The position numbers were made by a program, and so were the translations under genes. DNA of 64,000 bases from positions 245,954,001-246,018,000 of the forward strand of contig OZ024740.1 of assembly GCA_964016885.1 (NCBI GenBank). The letters are read 5' to 3'. The notes beneath the pieces were generated by a model. The model saw only the letters and a program-made list of their open reading frames with translations. It searched no databases and had not been told where the DNA came from. Origin of the DNA: Eledone cirrhosa (taxonomy: Eukaryota). Of the stretch, positions 26,010 to 40,242 are shown in pieces (position 1 is the first letter of the stretch; each line of letters opens with the position of its first letter).

Positions 26010-26320
26010 CGTTGTCGGAGATTAGGAAGTCACTCCAGGTAGAGCCGCTACTTCTCCGGGGAGATCACAGTTTCGATACCTCGGCCATGTAGTTAGAATA
26101 TCTCAGGAAAGAATTCGGATTTTACGGACAAAACTAACCGGCAGGAGACCCAGGGGGTAAACCTCGAGTAAGATGGTTGGATAACATCCATGGACTCAGC
26201 TGGTCTCGTTTGAGGATCCAGCCGGATCAATTGGAGTCGGTTGCTTCTAACAGAACCCACTGGAAGAAGTGTTTGAGGACCCTGCTCTAACGACCCTCCC
26301 AGGAATAAGTAGGAGAAGAT
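26010..26320 (+). mobile_element. 3' fragment of an RTE-like LINE; homologous to 48380-49035
   Basis: Shared VEPLLL, GRRPRGKPRVRWLDNI coding remnants. Confidence 0.7.
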
Positions 26321-27193
26321 ATATTAATTGTTTCAGATCTCTACTCACGGAGTTCATATCCAACCCAGTTCAAGTTAGTCTTTCATCCTTTCAGGGTCGA
26401 TAAATGTAGTACATACCAGGGTAGTAGATGAATAAAACTATGAGAGCGTCGGACATGATGCAGTGCGGTACCTATTTTGCCATCTGTGTTCTGATTTCGC
26501 CTGTGATATCATTAGTTCTAAGCTATTAGGGAGCTGCAAGGAATAATTCCTCAGATGTCACATTTGCGTTATTATACAGCCAGCATCAATTGACCAGATC
26601 GATATAAGTAATATAAATGCCATTTATTATTTGAGATGAAGACGGTTTTGTATATGTTGATAATCTTGAAGAGAATTAACACACTGGAAGCTTTGAGTGT
26701 TGAGATATTAACTGATTAACACCTCCTAATCTTTCCACTATATCTCCTGTAGTCTCACTCACGCACGTTTCTGTGTAAAAATCAACAATTTTTGTGGAGG
26801 GAACAGTTAAATGTATCAATCCCAGTCCTTCGGTGGAATTTGATCGCGTAAGCAGCACTGTGATTGTTTCAGTATGCCCTTCGCCGACTTAATGGTGTTT
26901 TGGAGGCGAAGATATAAACAAACACGCGCATACAAATAAGATCTGCACCCCCAACCCCTCTCCCGGAGTTTTCTTTAACCCTAACCCTCACCCCCTGAGG
27001 CGGGGGGGATGAAAACATAACCCCTCCCTCTGTTTTTCAAGGTAAAAGTTCTTTGCAGCATGTTCGGGTGTAGGATTAGTTGGCAGCACACGAAAAAATC
27101 GCAGAAAACAGAAAAAACTTGCCCAAGAACTATATGACCGAACTATATGCTTTACAACGTTCTAAATAACACAGCATTGATTGTACCTTTATA

Positions 27194-27389
27194 TACGAAT
27201 ATGGGCTGAAAAGTTCATAGGCCGACTATGAAGGGGTGATGCTAGAGCTGTGAAATCTTGCATGCATTAATTTCAGTTCTTATTAACAACACCATTGTAT
27301 CTTTTCAGATATGTTGAAAAATAAACCTCATTTGGCCATTCCATGAAAATATCTTGGTCAGCTTATGAACTTTTCAGCCGACCCTCGTA
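27194..27389. mobile_element. Tc1/mariner-derived MITE
   Basis: ~30-bp TIRs (GGCTGAAAAGTTCATAGGC / GCTTATGAACTTTTCAGCC) flanked by TA at 27194-5 and 27388-9. Confidence 0.8.
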
Positions 27390-27704
27390 GTTTAGAACAG
27401 AAAGTCAACAATAATGATAACAATAAGAAATGCAAAAAATAAAGAAAACATAAACACAGGTAAATTCATTTATAATTGAGTTCAAAAGAACGAAGAAAAG
27501 AAATGAATATACAGATAGAAACGAGTTGATTTGAATCACATCGAGGTCAAATGTGAAGTGTGTAGGAGTAAATAAAAACGAAGCTGTTACCGCCCTGGCG
27601 ATAACTCTTATGTCATGAAACAAACTATTACACATTGAAATATGTAATAAACAATTTGTGAATACAATACATTAAGAAAGACAGCTGGCATCAATAGGAA
27701 ATAT

Positions 27705-28105
27705 AGTAATGGCTTCTTATATAGGCTCAAGTACAGCAATATTGAGGGAGGGGAAAGTCGATTAAATCGACTCCAGTGCAGCACTGGTACTTTATTTTAT
27801 CGACCCCGTAAAGATGAAAGCAAAGTTAACTCGGCAGGATATGATCTCAGATCATAAAAGGCTGTAACTCTATGCTGCAAAGCATGGCGTCCGACCCTCT
27901 ACCGATACTGCCAAAATAAAATAATTGTTTCTAGTTTTGGCACAAGGCCAGCAATTACCCAGTGTATTACTGGTACTTTATTTTATCGACCCCGTAAGGA
28001 TGAAAGGCAAAGTTAACATCGGCGAGATTTGAACTCAGAATGGCAAGGGCCGTAACTCTACGCGTCAAAGCATGGCGTCCGACCCTCTACCGATACTGCC
28101 AATCC
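27705..28105 (-). mobile_element. Two tandem SINE A copies
   Basis: The core motif occurs twice. Confidence 0.88.
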
Positions 28106-30340
28106 AGTAATAGTAATGCTTTCTTTAATAACCACAAAGGGTTTACAAAAAATACATTAACGACAGCACAGGACGGTACAGATATGGGTCTCTGCGTGTA
28201 AAAAGAAAACAAAAAGAATACAAAATAAAGGATGTAACAAAAAAACAAAAACGGAAACAAAGGAAATTCCCAATAGTGGGGAGACCACCGAGGGTTACTC
28301 ATGAAGAAAACCCACAAAAGCCACGCTCAGGAAAACGCCCTCTCCCAGTTGTCCTCCTACAATATTACAAGCACAAGCTCAGGGCAGGCCTAGTCACATG
28401 AGCCATTCTTGCCCCTCTCACCCATCTTTCAACAAACTGGCTGGAAGGTAGCACATCCCTCTCCACCCTCATTTTCCTTTTCAGGTGAGACCTGAAAAAG
28501 ATAATGAGAGTGTCGACGAAGAGGAAAGTGCCTATTTTCAACCCTTTCAGACGAGTCCACCATAAGACCTCTTTCACCATGGCGACCAGGCAGATAAAAA
28601 CTGCCTGCCCTTCTTGGTGAAAGGAGGGGAGCGGGGCAACCTTCACAATGGACTTAACTGATAACCGGATCCATCCTGCACACCACGACAGATGTTTGAC
28701 ATAAACCCACAAGTCAGCGATGCTCGGACACTGGACGAGTGCGTGCAGGATGGTCTCATGCAAACTCGGCTGTCGGCACTTCCATGCCTATAAAGTTTAT
28801 CTCGAACTGGCAACCCTCCCCGGTAGCATTGCCAGACAGGGACTTCCGGAAGTTATCCAATGGCCCTGAACCAAAAGTCCCCCGGAAGAGAATAGCTAGT
28901 TGATTTTCGTCGACGCCCAGAGTTTCGAAAAGGACATCATCGCTCTTGCCCTCTATAGAACATCAAGGTGGAGTTTCTATCGACTGTAGTGCCCGATTGG
29001 TAAAAGGTAGTGAGCGCTTGGAGACATTCCAGTTCCCACGCGCTCCCTCTCGGTATCCGCATGACCCAGGATTGCCTAGCGAAATGCGACCACACCTGTT
29101 CACCTATGAGGAAGATCTTAGCCTCAGTACATGTCTGCGCATCATCAGTTACTGCATACCCAGTCCTTCACGTAGCGGGTATTGACAGCACATGGACCGC
29201 CTGACCACCAGAGCGCGTCCATTCCACAAAAAGCAAAAGAGCAAACGCTTCAGTGCAATCAGATGAGGCTAAGGACACGGCACGACAGTCAGGCGGTAGT
29301 AGATGACGGACACGATGTACACGTTCGCCACCGCCACCTGACCTTTCGGGGATAGCTTCCTCTCAGCCCATTTCTGGGTGAGAGAAGCCACTCTACTTGT
29401 CCTAGTTTTTGTCCATATTGAGGTCCGGACCAAACCAGACCCTAGCAATTTAACCGGTCCGTCGCTCCAGCGCCCAACGACGCTGTTGGACGGTATGGAC
29501 CAGCCTCCTCATGTGCCGAGCCGCAGGCCCACCGACTTTTCCTGGTTAATTTTAGGTCCAGTAACCGCCTAGTATTCTCTTAGAGTAGCGCCGATCGCCT
29601 CGATTTGTTTGGCACTCGACACCACTACGGTGACGTCGTCGGCACATGCTGACACGGTTCTCTCGTATCCCAGTTCACGCGGGATGCCCCTCAACGTCTC
29701 CAATTTGTGCAGTAATGGCTCTAGAGTAATACATACAACAGGGACGAGAGCGGACCGAGCGCATGATGTTGAATGGTTCCGAAAGGGGACCGTTCACTCT
29801 CACCACAGAGCAGATGTCGCCGTGCATGGCTGTGACCCACCCTCTGAAAACGGGCTCAAAGCCGACTGCCCCGAGGATAGCTGCCAGGTATTGATGGTCG
29901 ATCCTATCGAATACTTTCGATTGATCTTAATTGATCAGGGCACCACCCGTACCAGGTTCCTTAGCTACACTTTCTATGATGTATCGTATGAGGTGGAGGT
30001 TGTCGTGGATGGATCTGTTTGGAATGGCGCATGTTTGCGCCTCTTCCACCATACTCTCGACGACAAGAGCCAACCTCATTGCTAATACCTTGGCCAAAAT
30101 TTTGAACTTTGCGTTCAGCAGAGTTATGGCCCTGAAATTATCTACGTTGTCGAGCTTGTTCTGGTCTTTTCTCAGCAGAACTGGAAATTATACTGTTCTG
30201 CTGCCAGTAGTAGTAGACCTCTGCCAAGAGGTCACCAAACAAGTTTGGCATGTGTACGTAAAGCTCGTGGGGCAGATCATCCAAACCAGACGATTTACCC
30301 CTCGTGTAGCTAGTCATTGCATCCCATATTTCAGCGGCTA
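28106..30340 (-). mobile_element. Decayed L1/Tx1-type LINE (RT and C-terminal zinc knuckle)
   Basis: Minus-strand remnants DNFRAITLLNAKFKILAKVL, INLDQSKVFDRIDH, SACADDVTV, LKINQEKSVGL, ETILHALVQCP; (ATT)-like tail at about 28106-28118. Confidence 0.82.
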
Positions 30341-30400
30341 ATAATAATGATGATGATGATAATAATAATTGTTTCTACTTTTGGCACAAGGCCAGCAATT

Positions 30401-30772
30401 ATTGATCAGGTGAGTCTAAAGGCCGCTAATCATTCGAAGTTGTGTCACTCGACATTAAATACAATGTGTGTCTCTGATCAAATCATCGGAATACTATTCC
30501 GATGATTTGATCAGGGACACAACTTCGAGTGATTAGCGGCCTTTAGACTCACCTGATCAATGAAACAATTATTAATACTGTAAATAAAACCCTTTTTGTA
30601 CAGCCGACTATGTTATTCTTCACTTTTTCACTACTATTACTCCAAGAATATCCTGCATGGGAATTCTCGCAATCTCGCTACCTAACTAAGGAAACCTCTT
30701 GTTGAGTCAAACAACGCTGTACGTTAAAACTATCCATAGTACAGATTACCTAAAACGATAACTTGTTATCCC
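30401..30772 (+). mobile_element. Non-coding fold-back PLE derivative
   Basis: 30401-30446 and 30468-30493 are inverted copies of parts of 30495-30561. The 3' end abuts (TA)n. Confidence 0.7.
30495..30586 (+). ncRNA. Hammerhead motif with CCGAUGA core
   Basis: TATT, CCGATGA, TTGATCAGG...CCTGATCAA stem II, GAAA (30562), near-palindromic CAATTATTAATACTG, TA, AATA. Confidence 0.6.
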
Positions 30773-30804
30773 ATATATATATATATATAGTTTTAATATA
30801 GATG

Positions 30805-30855
30805 AGATTCTACAGGACTAGAACTGTTTCATTCATTAGAAATCATCAGGAATCT
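30805..30855 (-). ncRNA. Minimal type I hammerhead, canonical core
   Basis: AGATTC-CTGATGA-TTTCTAATGAAT-GAAA-CAGTTCTAGTCCTG-TA-GAATCT: 6-bp stem I, GUA site. Confidence 0.8.
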
Positions 30856-31349
30856 GGGTATCAAAAAATAAATATGGTATTTATAGGTCTCTACAAGTGG
30901 TAGGAGAGGGTGGGGAGTGGGATGGGTGCAGGTCATTGGTTGATAGAAAAGGGAATTCATTAAAAGCTAATTCTACAAAGCTATAGTTTATTTTTATTTT
31001 TATTTATATTTATTTATGTTTTTAGAGTAACAAAGGCAGACAGAATTCTATAAACAGGTTCCGGATGGCATACCATTCCTTGTCAATAAGTTTCTCTTAA
31101 GCCAACAGATGTCTATAAAATCAGTGGGGGGTCAGTCATGGTCGATAGAATTAAAGAAAAGGGAGATTCTTTAAAAGCTAAAGTCATTAAGGTTCTACTA
31201 AGTGACAAAGGTCTAGAGAATTCTGCAGACAGATTCAAAATACTGAGTGCATATCTTACTATTATCTTCGAACTTCTCTTAAACTAATCAACTATATGCC
31301 AAAAATCAACAGACACATTCACAAAAAAAACAAAAAAAACAAAAAAACA

Positions 31350-31529
31350 AAAAAACACACATACTCACTCACACACTTACGCGCAACCATAAACACATAT
31401 ACACTCATAAAAACACACACACATATATAAAAATATATAAATATATATAAATATATATTCATGTACACACACATACACATACACACATACATACATACAT
31501 ACACATATAATACATATACATACATATAT

Positions 31530-31598
<69 letters not shown>

Positions 31599-31603
31599 CA
31601 CAT

Positions 31604-31636
<33 letters not shown>

Positions 31637-31791
31637 CACACAGATACACACACACATACACATACATACACACACACACACACATATATACACAAATAAA
31701 TACACTCACACGCATACATACAAACACGAGTATACATATGTATAAATATCTATACACACACACATATACACACATATATATATATATATAT

Positions 31792-31879
<88 letters not shown>

Positions 31880-31976
31880 CCATACATATACAAACATACA
31901 CATACATACACAGACCTATACATAAATATACACATATATATACAGACATATAACGCATATATACACACATATATAC

Positions 31977-32040
<64 letters not shown>

Positions 32041-32145
32041 ATATATACACACACGCGCATACACACATACACACACCCACACACAAAATATATATACACA
32101 CACTCTCTCTCTCACGCACATATATATATATATACACATATATAT

Positions 32146-32210
<65 letters not shown>

Positions 32211-32329
32211 CACATATATATATATATACACACATACACACACATACACACATATATACATACATACACACATACACATACACAGACACATACATATACA
32301 CATATATATACACACATATATACACACAT

Positions 32330-32400
<71 letters not shown>

Positions 32401-32407
32401 TACACAT

Positions 32408-32450
<43 letters not shown>

Positions 32451-32529
32451 TATATATATATATACACACATACATATACATACATATACACACACACACA
32501 TACACACATAAACATATATACATACAAAT

Positions 32530-32579
<50 letters not shown>

Positions 32580-32599
32580 CTGCCCACACAACCATATAC

Positions 32600-32674
<75 letters not shown>

Positions 32675-32705
32675 CACACACACACACGTACACACATACA
32701 TACAT

Positions 32706-32754
<49 letters not shown>

Positions 32755-32771
32755 TACACACATACATACAT

Positions 32772-32804
<33 letters not shown>

Positions 32805-32813
32805 TATATACAC

Positions 32814-32844
<31 letters not shown>

Positions 32845-32945
32845 TACATATACACATATATATATACATATACACACACATACATACATACACACATACA
32901 CATACATATACATAAACATACATACATACATACATACACATATAT

Positions 32946-33036
<91 letters not shown>

Positions 33037-33107
33037 TATATATATACATACATATACACAAACATATACATACATAAATATACACATATACACACAAACA
33101 TATATAT

Positions 33108-33182
<75 letters not shown>

Positions 33183-33200
33183 TACACATATACACATATA
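31350..33200. repeat. Compound (TA)n/(CA)n/(TACA)n microsatellite
   Basis: Direct reading. It is the source of the spurious YIYI/HTHT ORFs. Confidence 0.97.
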
Positions 33201-33400
33201 CAAACCAATATATACACATACAAGTAAATAGGTACTCAATAAATATACGCATATACGCAGGCACATAAAGACACCTCTACAGGCAGAAAATGTAGATACG
33301 AAAGAGGTACTCACATAACCATAGTGGCCGTATTTCAGGTTGAGGAGGGGTGGGGGTAGGGTGGGGAGGAGGTATAGGGGCCAATAGGGGGAGGTCGTTT

Positions 33401-34570
33401 TTAGCCATCGGGCTTTAACACTGGCTTAAAGTGTTTGAATGTTGCAAAGTTCTTGTGCATGCAGTTCGGGCAGTGTTCAGAGAGTTTGTTCAGTAGCGGG
33501 CCCTTGGCGAATAAAATTTCGTAGCTCTCTGAAATACAAAGGTCGCAGCCCTTGTGTCCGTTGTAAGAGCGCGCTTTCTGGAGTATTTTCCAATTAAGCG
33601 TGAAGGGGGTGGAGTTCCTTTTGAGGTCCCAAACGTAGGAGGCGAGTGTTGTCTGATTTGATTTATCCGGTCTTCTGAAGGAGTGGGTATGGGCATACCA
33701 ACGGGTCTTAAAGTTGTTGGAGGTCATGCCGATGTAAGTTTTTTTGCAATCCTCGGTGCCTGAGATGACATCGCATTTGTATACGATGTCATTTGTGAGG
33801 CATTTGTTTTCTAGTGGGCATGCTTCCTTATTTAGGCAATTACATAGAGCCCCAGTCCGGGGATTGGTTTCGGAGGTGGTTGGCTTATTTAGTTTAGAGT
33901 TGTGGTTGGCTATATTCCTAGCTAGGTTAGGTGTGGTGGAGTAAGATAGTCTTATAGTGTTCTTATTAAAGATGGTGTAGTACCTATGTTGTATGGGGAA
34001 GTGTAATTTCAGTAAAGTGAAGAAAATCCTAGCTATCGGAGTAGATACCTCTCTATTGAAGGGAGGGTTGTACCAGCTAATCTGCCTATGTCTATTCCTC
34101 CTCTGCAATTTTGCGGTGGTTTCTAGGTAAGTTATCTTATCTTTAAATCCGCTACGGGCTAGGGCGTCATTGTAGTAGGAGGCAGATGCATTAAAAATAT
34201 CTTTGTTGGCGGAGAGGCCAGATATTCTAATAGAGACGCTTTTTACTAGGTTATCAGTAATGTTTTGGGGGTGGTTTGAATTAACATTAATATATTTAAG
34301 GGACTCGTTAGGTTTGTGGTACGGGTAATAGAGGGAAGTATCTAGGTCGAGAGTGACATCTAAGAAGTTGGCCCTAGTCAAATTAGAATCTATAGTTATA
34401 CTAAATCCTAGATTAGAGAAGAAAGAGCTTAAGTTTTTCCGAAACCCATCGGTGGTTCTGGGGCTAACCTTATGCAGGGCGAAGAGGCCGTCGTCTCGGT
34501 ATAAACCTCCAGTTAGGCCGGTAAAGAGGTTCTTCAGGTTATGTAGGATGTACAGGCCCACAAGGTCGCT
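33401..34570 (-). CDS. Penelope-like element ORF, 3' part: RT C-terminus plus GIY-YIG endonuclease (5'-truncated)
   Basis: [43 protein letters not shown]-x5-CPL-x3-C, IVY...YIGMT, FKTRW..H, CDLC, LLNKLSE. Confidence 0.93.
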   Translation of the reverse strand, partial: SDLVGLYILHNLKNLFTGLTGGLYRDDGLFALHKVSPRTTDGFRKNLSSFFSNLGFSITIDSNLTRANFLDVTLDLDTSLYYPYHKPNESLKYINVNSNHPQNITDNLVKSVSIRISGLSANKDIFNASASYYNDALARSGFKDKITYLETTAKLQRRNRHRQISWYNPPFNREVSTPIARIFFTLLKLHFPIQHRYYTIFNKNTIRLSYSTTPNLARNIANHNSKLNKPTTSETNPRTGALCNCLNKEACPLENKCLTNDIVYKCDVISGTEDCKKTYIGMTSNNFKTRWYAHTHSFRRPDKSNQTTLASYVWDLKRNSTPFTLNWKILQKARSYNGHKGCDLCISESYEILFAKGPLLNKLSEHCPNCMHKNFATFKHFKPVLKPDG

Positions 34571-34613
34571 AATTTCATATATATATATATATATATATAA
34601 ATTTATATATATA

Positions 34614-34682
<69 letters not shown>

Positions 34683-34734
34683 TAATAAAAATAATGAATA
34701 AAAACAAAGTAACAGTTCCTTATATTAAAAAATT

Positions 34735-34870
34735 CATCATTTTACGATCGTTTCTAGGATATATATGCGTGTGTTGGTATGTATATCATATAGATCTATG
34801 TAAAAGTTTTACAAACTATCAAAGGGAATATACATACCTACACATATATATGCTGTCTTCAGAAATAATG
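34735..34870 (-). ncRNA. Type I hammerhead, canonical core, ~100-nt stem II
   Basis: CATTATTT-CTGAAGA-(ATATATATGTGT/GGTATGTATAT helices)-GAAA-CGATCG-TA-AAATGATG: 8-bp stem I, palindromic ACGATCGT stem III, GUA site. Confidence 0.82.
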
Positions 34871-35559
34871 ATATTTGTTTATTGAAAAAAACCAACAAAG
34901 ATTTAATATAATAGGTCTGTTTGGGAACAGGTTTTGAATTGACCAGTAGAAAGGTAGTAAGTGGTCAAGTTGATAGAATAGTAGTAGTAGAAATTTAATT
35001 TAGGGGTAAAAGAATGCAGACTTCAGTTTTGAATGGAAAGAGTATTTTCAATGAAAAGATTACTTTGGGGATGAAAATAGGTCAAGCAGGTGAAAGGTAC
35101 ACGAAAAATTGATGTTATTAAAGAATAATGCTAATGTTAAAATCTAAGGAGAATAAAATTTTACGATAAATGTGTTAGTGAAAAATATCAAACTTATTTA
35201 AAACATAAGGAATTTAGATCTATAAAAGAAATTAAATTAATTTAATTGTTAGGTATATTTATAGGGATAAATTTATATTAATTCATATAGATATGATAAA
35301 TAAGAGTTAGATGTTATTAAAGAATGTTGTTAAAAACGAATAAACATTTTTTTGGGGGGGGGGGGGGGGGTAAATGTATTAGTGAGAAATAACAAACTTA
35401 TATAGATTACAAGGAATATAGATTCATAACAGGAAATTAAAATAGTTTATATGTATACTTATTGGTATACATTTTAGGAAAAGATAGCTGTAAAAGGGAA
35501 ATAAAATTATGCAGTTCTTAGTAGTAGAATATTAATTATAGGTTAACTAATTTTTAAAA

Positions 35560-36375
35560 AATTTAATTATAATAATTTGTAAAATATAAGTGTATATTAA
35601 TTAGGTTTATAATATTTGAAAGTTTTTCTAATTCTATGATTGCATGATATATAATTAATTCTTGTCGCTTATTTAATAGGATATCCTTAGATTTCATTAT
35701 TTCAAAGAGTTCCTGGGAACATAATCTACATTCATATCTATTATTTTGATAAGGGGTGGCCCTTTTGAGCACACTCCAGGTCAGGTTATAATCGATATTC
35801 TTTTTTCTATAATTATTAATTATTTCAGCTAAGGATGTTGTATTAGCTAATGCAGCATTTTTAAAACTGTGTTTGTGGGCATTAAATCTTACTTTAAATT
35901 GGGGAGGATTGAACCACGTTACGTTGCGTTAGCGGCGGTGTCGCCTGCTGGTTCCGCTAATGGAAGCTGGACATTAGGATATTTCCTCCCGGAAGCCACT
36001 CCGCCTGAGGGCCTGGTTGTAATAAGGCGCATGTTCCTCGAATATCTGCTCATTAGCAGACAAACGAGATATGCGGAGGGAGATGTTTTTAACCAGGTTA
36101 TTGGTGATGTTTCTAGGATGGTTTGACTGGCGGTGGATGTAGTGCAGGTTGTCGTTGGGTTTCCTGTATGGGTAGTACAGATCATTATCGAGGTCAAGGG
36201 TAACGTCCAGGAAGTTTACTCGGGTAAGGGACGTTTGTAGGATTATTTAAAATCCCCAGTCGCGGAAGAAGCTGATTAATTGTTTACAGACCCGGTCTGT
36301 ACTACTGGGGTTGTACCCTTTAAGGGTAAGGAGCCCATCATCACGGTACAATCCACTGCCGAATGCAGGAAACAT
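35560..36375 (-). pseudogene. Decayed PLE RT/GIY-YIG fragment
   Basis: [43 protein letters not shown]. Confidence 0.85.
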
Positions 36376-37036
36376 ATCGGTGGAGTTTTTATTGGGGGGG
36401 GGGGGATTCTGAATTAATTTTTCGTATTAATTTTTTCTTATATATCGTACGAGCATTTATGTAGTTTGCATTAGAATTTATGTATTGTAGCGGTACTCTT
36501 ATATATCGTATTAGTATTCATTTTCGGGACTCTGAATTATTATTTCGTATTAGGTTTTTTTTTTAGTATTTTGGCCCCCTACTTGTTGACCTGTCATTGT
36601 AAGATAGATTAGGCCGAGTACTACTAATAAAATTCTTTCACTACAATCTCATATTTAGTATCCCGCCCCACCTATTAAACTTTTTTTTATAGTTTAGCAG
36701 TACCAGTGAGAGATTTGATGATTGTGGTAGGGGAATAGTAACCAGAAATTGTGTTTTTTTATATTTTTCACATTCTTATTTTTCTATATAAATTTACTCC
36801 ATATAGATCTACTTATTGTTTCGACTCCCCCCCCCCTCTTGACCTCTTATCCTTAGGATTCTGCTGCAGTCGTCACTTTCAACGCACGACTGGGTTTCCT
36901 CCACTCTCTCTCCCTCTTCTACTGGCAAGTTCAGCTACCCCTTCCTTCCACAAAATGCAATGATAGAATTATGTGTCTCAACAACAAACTTTTGACCAAT
37001 CCTTGTGACAATCACTTTTACCATATATGGAATATT

Positions 37037-37131
37037 ACCCCTGAGAAGCTCGGCTATTCATTTACCAGGATAAAAATGTTCATTTAGTCCAGAATTAGAC
37101 GTCGAAACGGCTTGAGCTCAGCCGTCGGGGT
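37037..37131 (+). ncRNA. Degenerate hammerhead in a PLE 3' end
   Basis: CCC-CTGAGAA...GTC-GAAA-CGGCTTGAGCTCAGCCG-TC-GGG. The core is degenerate. Same family as 38082-38280. Confidence 0.5.
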
Positions 37132-37287
37132 GCTACTCGTTCCTATTACCCACTCTACTAGCCTAAGTATTGAGTACTTTGGTGCGTTATGGTCCATCTG
37201 GTTCCTTACCATATTTCCTTCGCTATATATATATATATAGTATAAAGCAAACGAAAAATCAGTGATGCATCTGGACTTAATTTATTG

Positions 37288-37378
37288 CGTGTTACAATTT
37301 TTTCGCCGGCAGGTAGCTCGAGACATGGTCCCTGTATGGATCTGGCTGACTCTACAGCTGCAGGTTCTTTCAGACACG
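37288..37378 (-). ncRNA. Hammerhead motif (CUGAAAGA family), inverted-arm copy
   Basis: Reverse complement of 44416-44506 with one stem III change (AAATTG). Confidence 0.65.
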
Positions 37379-37948
37379 GGTATTTCGTTCGGAGAAAATT
37401 TTATCACTGGGGTGTTATCATAAAAAAACACCCTAAAAAAACCCTCTTCCACTCTTGTCATGGCATTGGCTGTTTTTACTCCACGTCATCACAAGTTCTG
37501 GTCAGTATTTACTGCCACACGGGTCATCAGCCATTTTCCGTCCGACACACTTCAAAGGAGTCATGCTGGGTTCAGCATCTCACACGTCTGTTCACACTCC
37601 AGAGTAAGCACCCACACACACGAATATACACACACATGCAGACACAGACACATTCATGCATACACACACGTACGCCTACATGCGTAGACACACACACACC
37701 CACATACATATATGTATATATACACACACACGCTCTCCCTCACTTCCACGGACACAGTCGCACCCACTTGTAGATACATATCGCCACAAGCCTTATAACA
37801 GCTGCTTAATTCGCGCCATATATCCGGTCGGTCAAGCATGGCCTACGCAAACATACACATATATACACACATACGCGCGCACACATACATACGCACAACC
37901 TTATATACATTTATATATATATATATACACACACATATATACATACAC

Positions 37949-38007
<59 letters not shown>

Positions 38008-38016
38008 CACACACAG

Positions 38017-38081
<65 letters not shown>

Positions 38082-38087
<6 letters not shown>

Positions 38088-38280
38088 AACGAGTAGGACC
38101 CCGACGGCTGAGCTCAAGCCGTTTCGACGGCTAATTCTGGACTCCAGAATTAGCCGTCGAAACGGCTTGAGCTCAGCCCTCGGGGTCCTACTCGTTCCTA
38201 TTACCCACTCTACTATCCTAAGTATTGAGTACTTTGGTGCGTTATGGTCCATCGGGTTCCTTACCACATTTCCTTCGTTA
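38082..38280 (+). mobile_element. Palindromic PLE pLTR fragment inserted in (TA)n
   Basis: ~60-bp arms (38082-38141 and 38143-38201), 1-nt centre, one mismatch, then a tail homologous to 37147-37225. Confidence 0.8.
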
Positions 38281-38382
38281 TATATATATATAGAGAGAGA
38301 GAGAGAGATAGATACACACACATATATATACTCACACATCCCCACACATACATGCAAAATACACATACGTACACACATACAT

Positions 38383-38433
<51 letters not shown>

Positions 38434-38753
38434 AAAAAAAAACCTAACATGCATACGCACACCCACACATATACATACATATACATACACACATGCAGAC
38501 ATATATACATCTACATATGCATACGCACACGTGCTGCTACATGCAGACACCTGCACATATGCATATTGGTTTACACACACATGTGCTTCCACATATATAA
38601 ACAAAACCGTAAATTAAAAATACATTATAAAATAAAAAACATTATATAATAAAAAAAAAAACACAATATACCATAAAATAACGGTAAAATACCATAACAT
38701 AAGATATAAAATATATAATATAAAGTATAAAATATCAATATATTATACAATAT

Positions 38754-38844
<91 letters not shown>

Positions 38845-39409
38845 TCATACATACACACACTTGTACACACATTCATACATACATATACGGATATATACAA
38901 AGGATGTATGATAAAGTAATACAAAAAGAATAATATTAATAAAATGCATATATACTCCATATATAATCATCCGTACACATTCCTGTGAGATGCACATAAA
39001 CACATACATGTATGCACAGATACACATACACACATATAGATGCCCCAATATGCATACACCCGCACCCACACACATATATATATATATACATATACATATA
39101 TATACACACTTACGCATCCACGCACACACACCTACTCATACTTAGCTATACGTACATACGCACACATATATAGATATACATATATATATATTCATATATA
39201 CATACATATATATATATATATATACATACACACACTCTGCCACATATTTACATACATGCACCTGTCCGCACATACATGCGCTCATAAGCTCAAGCAAACA
39301 CGCACCCATGCCCATATGCACACCCACGTATATATATATATCTACACACACACACACACATACATATACCTACGCACAGGTCCACACATAAAAAAACATT
39401 CTAAAACTA

Positions 39410-40242
39410 ACGCGGTGGAGATGGCGCACACTGGCCGTCAACCGCGGCGACAGAGTGACCGTATTTCGGAGCGCGGAGAACCACCCAGGGACCTGCCCTC
39501 AAATGACAACCCGGCCCCCGAGGCGACCAGAGCGCCCGTGGAGGGCGATATGGTCCAGCACCGAGAGGGAAACAGTAGAATGGGGGAGACAATAGTGTCG
39601 GCAATACAACACCCTGAGAACCTTGAGAGGGCCATAACAGATCGAGGCCCGGACATTGGATGCACAAGAACTGAGAACAGAACTTGTAACTGTAGAGCGG
39701 GCACCCGGTGCCCCTTACAGGAAAAATGCTTGATGAAGGACTTAATATACAAGTGTGTGGTTACAACTGAAAACGCGCATCGCACCTACATCGGCGCAAC
39801 ATCCACGACCTTTAAATCACGGATGTATAATCACACGAATTCCTTCAGAGATCGTAGCAAAAGGCACTCCACTATGTTAGAAGACCTGGTGTGGAACCTG
39901 AAAGACCAAGCCACTCCGTACGCCCTGGAATGGAGGATCGTTCGCCACGCGAGGGCATATTCGGCCGGAAGTAGAAAGTGTCGATTGTGCTTACACGAGG
40001 CCATGGAGATAGTCAGACTGAAAGATGACGCCGTCAACCTGAAGTCTGAAATTATCATGCCTGCAGGCACCAGAGAAGATGCACTTTTGCCGCATGGAAT
40101 CCTCCGGTGGCGCAGGCCGGGGGCATGGGAACGGATACCCATAGACCCGATTGGCCCAACGGGATTAGGGGACCTGACGCCATGCCATGATGACGGTGTG
40201 CGACCCGTGATGCAAACATATGTAAACCAGGGGCACGCCTGA
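39410..40242 (+). CDS. PLE GIY-YIG endonuclease fragment (frameshifted near the end)
   Basis: CNCRAGTRCPLQEKC, LIYKC, TYIGATSTTFKSRMYNH, CRLCLHE, VNLKSE. Confidence 0.85.

Noticed and set aside
31319-33314. Long ORFs (up to 435 aa) rich in Y/I/C/V/M or H/T
   Set aside because: They are translations of TA/CA microsatellite. The same applies to ORFs at 37.6-39.4, 40.7-41.4, 43.5-44.2 and 50.2-50.6 kb.
37285-37773. Similar ORFs at 37285(+), 44123(-) and 53164(-) suggesting a small gene family
   Set aside because: They are the antisense strand of the repeated pLTR/HHR region, with no ATG-initiated conserved frame or protein motif.
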